Assembly (NCBI GenBank): GCA_051382295.1 | Contig: JBBCAW010000072.1 | Location: 1-11,998, forward strand | Origin: Bdellovibrionota bacterium FG-1 | GTDB lineage: Bacteria; Bdellovibrionota; UBA1018 | Length of the DNA: 11,998 nucleotides | Direction of reading: 5' to 3' | In this document: positions 7,901-11,998 of the stretch, one piece after another | How positions within the stretch are numbered: the first letter of the stretch is position 1 | How the letters are laid out: each line of letters starts with the position of its first letter | Made by a program: the position numbers and the translations under genes | The notes under the pieces: model-generated | Told to the model about the DNA's origin: nothing | Databases searched by the model: none | What the model saw: only the letters and a program-made list of their open reading frames with translations

Positions 7901-9132
7901 ACAAAATAGCGGTCTCTGGGCGGTGCTAAAGGATTAGCGAGCACGACTTCGATATTGACGGTCCGGCGCTTGCCCTCGACTTCAAAAGACAAACCCTCTT
8001 GGCGGGCCCGTGTATTTTGTTGGGTCGCCGCGTGGACCGCGCTATTCAACCCAGGCAGTAATTCTGGCCTGGCCATTTTGAATAAGTGGGTACTGGGCAA
8101 GCCCGAGGCGGGCTCAAGATAAGGGACCGTGCGGCCTCGAAACTGCAAAATTTCCATTTCAGCATTGATCACCACGGAAGGCGGTGCGTATTTGGACAAG
8201 GCAATTTTATCGGCCTCTTTCTGAAAATCAACGGTTCCCGTGATGCGTGCGGGTGCCTTGGGTGTTGCCGCCTGGCTCTCGGGCACATAGGTATTTAGAG
8301 GGAAACGAAAAGTCATGGGTGTGGGGATGTTGATTTTAGCATAAATTTTGTGGGCCTTATTCACCCAGTTAAATAGCTTTGAGGCCGCATGAGGGCTCTC
8401 CGATCGACCGAGCCAGAGAAAACCGCCGGACTTCAAGGCATAATGAAAGACCGGGATCACGCGTTTTTGTAAAATGGCCGCGAAATAGATCAAGACATTA
8501 CGACAAGAGACCAGATCGAGCTTGGCAAAAGGCGGATCACGAGTCACATCGTGTCTGGAAAACAGGCACAAATCACGAATTCCTTTCTTGATCCTGTAAC
8601 CCCCCTCGACCTTGTCAAAAAAGCGCACGAGCCTTTCCTTGCTGATCACGCGCTCGATGGTTTCGGCATAAATGCCAGCTCTGGCCTTTTGAATGGAGGC
8701 CTCGCTGATATCGGTGGCAAAAATCTGAATCGGGGTTTTGGCCGCTGAATCGCCCAGAAATTCGAGAAGCAATATGGCGAGCGAATAGGCTTCTTCACCG
8801 GTCGAACACCCTGGCACCCAGATGCGGAGGGGAACGCCGCCGGCCCGGTTTTTCAGGAGCTGCGGAAACACATCACTCGTCAACGCCTTGAAGGAGTCGG
8901 GATCGCGGAAGAACTCTGTCACATTGATGAGAATGTCGGCATAAACAGCTTTGATCTCGTCCGGATGGTCTTGGAGATACTGGCCATAGGCATCGAGGGT
9001 CTCGGTTTTTTGCACCATCATCCGCCGATGAATACGTCTCTTGAGCGTCGCCTGTTTGTAATTTGAAAAATCAACCTGCGTGTGGGTCCGTAGTAAAATA
9101 AAAATTTTACGAAGGGCATCGTCTGAGGGAGC
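4963..9132 (-). CDS. cheR: CheR methyltransferase-PAS-GAF-hybrid histidine kinase portion (downstream of the amber stop; first ATG at 9021 falls inside CheR)
   Basis: CheR motifs WVPGCSTGEEAYSLA, IFATDIS, DLVSCRNVLIYF; EELQS heptads; PAS ends (DGAVISLLDI, LSFEDITER); GAF (GWPVGHAYL...GLPGKV); H-box SHELRTPL; N, G1 and G2 boxes NLLTNAIKFS, DTGKGI, GGLGLGL; REC VDDD...SDIAMP...AKP. Confidence 0.85.
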   Translation of the reverse strand, partial: APSDDALRKIFILLRTHTQVDFSNYKQATLKRRIHRRMMVQKTETLDAYGQYLQDHPDEIKAVYADILINVTEFFRDPDSFKALTSDVFPQLLKNRAGGVPLRIWVPGCSTGEEAYSLAILLLEFLGDSAAKTPIQIFATDISEASIQKARAGIYAETIERVISKERLVRFFDKVEGGYRIKKGIRDLCLFSRHDVTRDPPFAKLDLVSCRNVLIYFAAILQKRVIPVFHYALKSGGFLWLGRSESPHAASKLFNWVNKAHKIYAKINIPTPMTFRFPLNTYVPESQAATPKAPARITGTVDFQKEADKIALSKYAPPSVVINAEMEILQFRGRTVPYLEPASGLPSTHLFKMARPELLPGLNSAVHAATQQNTRARQEGLSFEVEGKRRTVNIEVVLANPLAPPRDRYFVVFFEDASPPDSPDHSKDDSKDRLGPPVLEPPTSQLRQLEHDFAASKQYQQSMTEQFETTQEELTAANEELQSANEELQSSNEELETAKEELQSSNEELTTVNDELHTRNAELLTLSGDLNNLLSSVEIPILIVGNDHRIRRFTPKAEKVFKLIPGDVGRPLGDIKSPFDLDLDALISEVTKSLIPQEKEIKDPQGRWMRLQIRPYKTVDNRIDGAVISLLDIENLKRQVQESKRAQDYLISVAETVQLPLVIVDEQLRVRSANRVFWKHFQLSPQIAGTNLFTLPQMQCHSFQQIQTLLTETLRSNREVKAVEVDCIFPQLGRRIFLLSASLIQWRGEMFQEPQEPQEPQEPQEPQEPQEPQALLLSFEDITERRNLERDLAAESKNVQLFETITVAANEATSPDAALQIFLDRICSHAGWPVGHAYLLTPVTPVISASPDGPRELIPSNVWHLDDPQKFAPFKEGTEHFKMSHDVGLPGKVLATHKPVSMLDLTHASVFPRAEIARASGLTSGFGFPVTVGGSIIAVLEFFSTQDKKPDQRLIDILTHVVPQLGRVFERKMADEDRTQILLRERQARSDAEKGNRAKDLFLATLSHELRTPLTSILSWAQMIRMGKVDAEKAKYGAGIMEQSARAQAQLIDDLLDISRIIMGKLALDIKEVDPAAVLHTAIEAIRPLAALKSIEIKTGFDPDTGWVLADPIRLQQIVWNLLTNAIKFSPKNSIVELSLARIQIQTRSCAEIKVIDTGKGIDPEFLPHIFDRFSQEDSTSTRIHGGLGLGLSIVRNLVELQGGTVRAESSGEGRGTTFTVNIPLASAKKSVGIQNAPDRQPVLKPAPLDSYKDLPKFEGLRVLFVDDDERTRETLTLLLESFGAEVLAVASAREALAALPGFKAQLLVSDIAMPGENGYSLMRKIRALEPESGGNIPALALTAFATQEDAKHATAAGFQAHLAKPVETDALARLMSKLVKNSYAHAGR
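6594..6614. repeat. 9-bp tandem duplication encoding TPV-TPV in the GAF domain
   Basis: TCACCGGGG TCACCGGGG TCA. Confidence 0.8.
6813..6879. repeat. Perfect 9-bp tandem repeat (CTTGTGGCT)x7 plus CTTG, encoding (QEP)x7
   Basis: Seven identical units counted at 6813-6875, then a 4-nt partial unit; frame-preserving; lies inside the third PAS domain before its last strand. Confidence 0.97.
7837..7872. repeat. Degenerate 12-bp x3 tandem repeat encoding DSPD-HSKD-DSKD linker
   Basis: ATCTTTTGAATC ATCTTTGGAATG ATCTGGGGAATC. Confidence 0.65.
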
Positions 9133-9876
9133 CTAAGGCTCATCTTCTTGGTCATCTTCTTGGTCATCGGATGAAGTCGTAATATACGGATGCTTGGATA
9201 TTCTTGCCAGTTCGTGCGCAATGGCTGCGGGCGGCAGGATCAGATCGACCGCTCCTGCGGAGATGGCGCTTACGGGCATCCCGTCATATTTTGCGGACTT
9301 TGGATCTTGGGCGATCGTCAGGCCGCCCTCAGTTTTGATGGCCTTAAGCCCTTGAGTGCCATCGGAGGCCGTTCCAGAAAGGATCACTCCCACCGCCCGG
9401 TCTTTTTGATCTTGCGCGAGCGATTGAAAGAAAAAATCAATGGCCATGTGCTGTCCGCGAGTCTCGGTACGCGGGAGTAGGCTCAAGACGCCATGCAAGA
9501 TCGCCATATTGAAATTAGGCGGGATCAGGTAAACGTGGTTGGAAAGAACGCGCATTCCTTCTTCAACCTCATGGACTGGCATGCTCGTCGTACGCGACAG
9601 AATTTCTGGAGCGAGGCTCTCGTGGGTGGGGTCGAGGTGCTGGATGAGAACAAATGCCATCCCCGTGTCAACAGGCAGTGCTTCAAGCAGTTGCGTAAAA
9701 GCCTCTAAGCCTCCAGCGGAGGCTCCGATTCCTACGATGGGAATGTTATTGAGGGCTGCGGGTTGAGATTTAGGCAGAATTGAGGTGACCTCCTCGGTTA
9801 CCTTGAGTACAGGAGTTCCTGCTTTCAGGCCAAGCTTTTTTTTAAAACTAAAGTGCTTTCGACCAGGGCGCCGCAT
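9133..9876 (-). CDS. cheB: CheB methylesterase domain portion (upstream of the amber stop); start codon uncertain
   Basis: Catalytic triad motifs GIGASAGG, IQHLDP and ILSGTASDG are intact. No receiver domain, as expected for the N-terminus of a CheB/CheR fusion. Confidence 0.8.
   Translation of the reverse strand: MRRPGRKHFSFKKKLGLKAGTPVLKVTEEVTSILPKSQPAALNNIPIVGIGASAGGLEAFTQLLEALPVDTGMAFVLIQHLDPTHESLAPEILSRTTSMPVHEVEEGMRVLSNHVYLIPPNFNMAILHGVLSLLPRTETRGQHMAIDFFFQSLAQDQKDRAVGVILSGTASDGTQGLKAIKTEGGLTIAQDPKSAKYDGMPVSAISAGAVDLILPPAAIAHELARISKHPYITTSSDDQEDDQEDEP
9140..9168. repeat. 12-bp tandem duplication encoding DDQE-DDQE-D just before the amber stop
   Basis: TCATCTTCTTGG TCATCTTCTTGG TCATC. 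Confidence 0.85.
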
Positions 9877-10082
9877 TAGCCCGCAACAAAACCGGACGCG
9901 GCTTTTGGGATCACCTAGCCTTCTCTCGGATCGTTCAATTTGGGCGCGATTTCGAGGGCATGGGCCGTTACCTCATCAAAAATCTATTTAAGGCGGCCGG
10001 CATTCCCATGAAAAAGTTCTTGGCTCGTGGCTACCGTGTTTGCACCACCAGTAAAGATGGCGTGGTTTGGGGTATGCCCTAG
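9864..10082 (+). mobile_element. C-terminal fragment of an IS200/RAYT-like Y1 (HUH) transposase, pseudogene
   Basis: The stop-to-stop frame 9852-10082 is not in the ORF track. It reads SAFDQGAALARNKTGRGFWDHLAFSRIVQFGRDFEGMGRYLIKNLFKAAGIPMKKFLARGYRV...GMP*. FWD...FSRIV..GRDF....Y..N matches the Y1 transposase C-terminal FW...(Y/F).R.(I/V) and catalytic Y..N pattern. No HUH motif and no 5' start. Left boundary is approximate. Confidence 0.62.
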
Positions 10083-10145
10083 AAAACTCCTATTTGACTC
10101 CCTGCCGGCCCTCGTGATTGAGTGCGACAAATCCGGGGGGATTTC

Positions 10146-11378
10146 ATGATCATCAAGTTGCTGTTGTTAACGCTATTTTGTGTGGGCTTATCCGGTATTT
10201 CTGAGGCGTCTGCCCACCAAGGGCAGTTCACCCCCAAAGATAAGACCTGGGCCGTTCAAAGTTATCAGGCTTTCGAGCAAGGACCCTTCAGTGCGTCGGT
10301 ACACGGGATTTTCAGGGAAATCACTCGATACCGATCCATCTCGGTGTCCTACGAGGATATTACGGTGGCTTCGTCCTATTTGCGGGATGGTGGGCTGACT
10401 GTACAGCTTCATATCGAAAAAAATCGGGACGGAAGCCCACGTAGGGCGCCGTTGGCGGTGGTGCTGAATCCACTTTTTAGCGAGTCGACCTTTGCGCAAA
10501 TGAACCGCTTTATCGAGTTTTTCGGAAGCCGTGGTTATCACGTCGTGGTTTTTCAGAATTCGTTTAGCGATGCAGTGACGAAACAGGCTCCTGTTTTTTT
10601 CCCCGGTGATCTCCGCGCAGAGTCGGCTATGCATCGAGAGGCCGTGCAAAGCGTGGTTCAACGTATCGGCGCCGCAAATGTGACAGAAATAAACCTCGTT
10701 GGTTTGAGTTACGGCGCCTTTCTTGCTGCCGTGATTCAGGCGGATGACGCTGCAGCGGCCCAGCCTCAGTTTACCGGCCCGGCTTTTCTTCTGAATCCAC
10801 CGTATGACATTCTGAATTCTGCGCGTAATCTCGACCGTTTTGGGCGCGAGTCGCAGGATACCGGCCTACTGGGCTGTGCTTTATCGGCCCCGGCATTGTT
10901 CTATAACGCGTTTCTCGTTGATGACAATCAACGTATCCATATGAATGAACCTTGCGCGAAGGCCTTTCTCTCCGTCGTTGGATTTCGGGGACGTCTCAAA
11001 CACATGTTGAGCAGCCTCAATAAATCCATGAATCTCGGGCTGAGTTCGGAACACCTCGACTCGCTTTCGTTTGAGACCTATGTGAGCCAGCTTGCTCAAG
11101 TCAAGGTCGATGGCGGTATGTCTGAACTTCAGTATTGGATGAGGCGAGCTCAGGATCATGGTTACGACTCATTTCTCGTCCTCGGTTCGGCGGATGATCC
11201 CATCAATGAGCGTTTTGACTTTGCCACCAGTCAGGCGGGCACGATCGATCCAAACCATTGGCTGGAGATGAAAACAGGTGGCCACACCGGCCTCAGAAGC
11301 GCGCGCAATTTGGATCCGAACTGTCAGAGCAGGAACTGGTTGAATTGCTTTTTAGAACGGATCTACAGTCAAAACTGA
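10146..11378 (+). CDS. Secreted alpha/beta-fold hydrolase (esterase/lipase-like), 410 aa from ATG 10146
   Basis: G-rich RBS (GGGGGGA, 10135-10141); signal peptide MIIKLLLLTLFCVGLSGISEASA; nucleophile elbow GLSYG; acid SADDPI; His TGGHTG; RGYHVVVF strand. Confidence 0.85.
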   Translation: MIIKLLLLTLFCVGLSGISEASAHQGQFTPKDKTWAVQSYQAFEQGPFSASVHGIFREITRYRSISVSYEDITVASSYLRDGGLTVQLHIEKNRDGSPRRAPLAVVLNPLFSESTFAQMNRFIEFFGSRGYHVVVFQNSFSDAVTKQAPVFFPGDLRAESAMHREAVQSVVQRIGAANVTEINLVGLSYGAFLAAVIQADDAAAAQPQFTGPAFLLNPPYDILNSARNLDRFGRESQDTGLLGCALSAPALFYNAFLVDDNQRIHMNEPCAKAFLSVVGFRGRLKHMLSSLNKSMNLGLSSEHLDSLSFETYVSQLAQVKVDGGMSELQYWMRRAQDHGYDSFLVLGSADDPINERFDFATSQAGTIDPNHWLEMKTGGHTGLRSARNLDPNCQSRNWLNCFLERIYSQN

Positions 11379-11869
11379 GGTCCGATTGTGACGGTCGTCC
11401 CAAAACCATCCGGGTTAAACCCATACCCCAAAAAGAACTGCAATGCGGGAACTGCGATATCGTGTAGATAAAGCTGAAACCCAGTGCCGATTCCAGTATG
11501 ACCGGAGTTTTGAACCCAAGCCCAGTCGACGTAGACCAGAGGGCGTACCTTGAACTTCCAAATATCGGCAGAGGTGATCAAGAGATCGTTTTGAATGGAG
11601 AAGTAAGAGGCGCCCCGAAACTCCTGGGTCGGGAAGCTGCGAAGCGAACCTCCTCCGAGTTCAAAAAGCTGGTACCGGGGCATCTCGCTCCCCATTTCAA
11701 AGCGGGGGCGGATGATCCAGTCGAATTCTCGAACCATCAACAAACTGGCCTGGCCCGAAGCCCCGAGTTTTAGGAAATGAAAAAAGCTCGCAGGATCGCT
11801 GATTTCAAAATAGGTGCGGACGGCTTTGCCCCTCGCTAAGGGGCCGCGTAAAAATAAAATCACATGCAC
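11369..11869 (-). pseudogene. C-terminal fragment of an Omp85 (BamA/TamA-like) outer-membrane beta-barrel protein, 5'-truncated
   Basis: FELGGGSLRSF resembles the Omp85 loop-6 GG..(V/L)RG(F/Y) motif; alternating amphipathic strands; terminal IGPQF beta-signal. An in-frame TAA at 11870-11872 precedes the ORF, there is no signal peptide, and 166 aa is too short for a 16-strand barrel. Homology probably starts near 11830. Confidence 0.65.
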
Positions 11870-11998
11870 TTAGCGGCCGCCCAACAATAACTTAACAGAA
11901 CTAGGTCTTAAAACATCGATTCAGCGAGACACAGAGCAGCCGTTCGCTCCTTCAAATATGTCAACTTAATGGCATATTTTGGCCACGACGCAATATAG

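Larger units (their letters stand above)
4963..9876 (-). pseudogene. cheBR: CheB/CheR fusion hybrid histidine kinase (CheB-CheR-PAS-coiled coil-PAS-PAS-GAF-HisKA-HATPase-REC), 1638 codons, interrupted by a single in-frame TAG at 9133-9135
   Basis: ORFs 9133..9876 and 4963..9021 share a frame. The 37 codons between them (9022-9132) read APSDDALRKIFILLRTHTQVDFSNYKQATLKRRIHRR, the canonical CheR N-terminal helical domain. Confidence 0.85.

Noticed and set aside
9018..9221. 67-aa ORF suggesting a frameshift between cheB and cheR
   Set aside because: cheB and cheR are already in the same frame, and the CheR N-terminal motif is in that frame; this ORF is an off-frame shadow.
5192..9766. Many 60-207 aa plus-strand ORFs opposite the kinase (and similar short ORFs within other genes)
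   Set aside because: Antisense or off-frame shadows of well-supported genes, with no recognisable motifs.
1314..10082. Genome-wide TAG reassignment (alternative genetic code) as the explanation of the in-frame amber
   Set aside because: TAG ends the FGE-domain gene (1314-1316), the fic remnant (1338-1340) and the transposase fragment (10080-10082) at plausible C-termini, and no other long ORF contains an internal TAG.
9960..10082. Independent 40-aa small protein starting at ATG 9960
   Set aside because: The transposase-like motif continues in frame upstream of this ATG, so it is better explained as an internal Met of the remnant.
11905..11912. GGTCTTAA also found at 1737-1744, as possible ends of a ~10 kb element
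   Set aside because: An 8-bp match is within chance expectation for 12 kb, and there is no integrase or longer flanking identity.
11940..11990. TTGACA (minus strand, 11959-11964) and TGGCA-containing sigma54-like sites
   Set aside because: No matching -10 at 16-18 nt, and the GG-N10-GC spacing for sigma54 is not met.

Overview
Bacterial chromosomal window of moderate GC. Gene content suggests Bdellovibrionota/Oligoflexia, but that is inference only. Four apparently intact + strand genes encode exported or probably surface proteins: a 5'-truncated Cys-rich FGE-sulfatase/CLec-fold protein, a Cys-rich lipoprotein, an S53 sedolisin/kumamolisin-type protease with a GC-TM-basic C-terminal tail, and a secreted alpha/beta hydrolase. 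Four damaged genes lie between them, and the ORF track shows these only partly. (1) A Fic-family gene collapsed to 108 codons by internal deletions, with an in-frame TAA but with promoter- and operator-like sites still present. (2) A 1638-codon CheB-CheR-PAS-GAF-HisKA-HATPase-REC hybrid kinase reading frame, interrupted by one in-frame TAG in the CheB/CheR linker and carrying several tandem micro-duplications, including (QEP)x7. (3) A start-less C-terminal fragment of an IS200/RAYT-like Y1 transposase abutting the kinase 5' end. (4) A 5'-truncated Omp85/BamA-like barrel. No rRNA, tRNA, CRISPR array, reverse transcriptase or DGR template repeat was seen. Family calls rest on motif recognition from memory, not on database searches. 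No clearly new system is demonstrated; the amber-split CheB/CheR kinase is the best lead.
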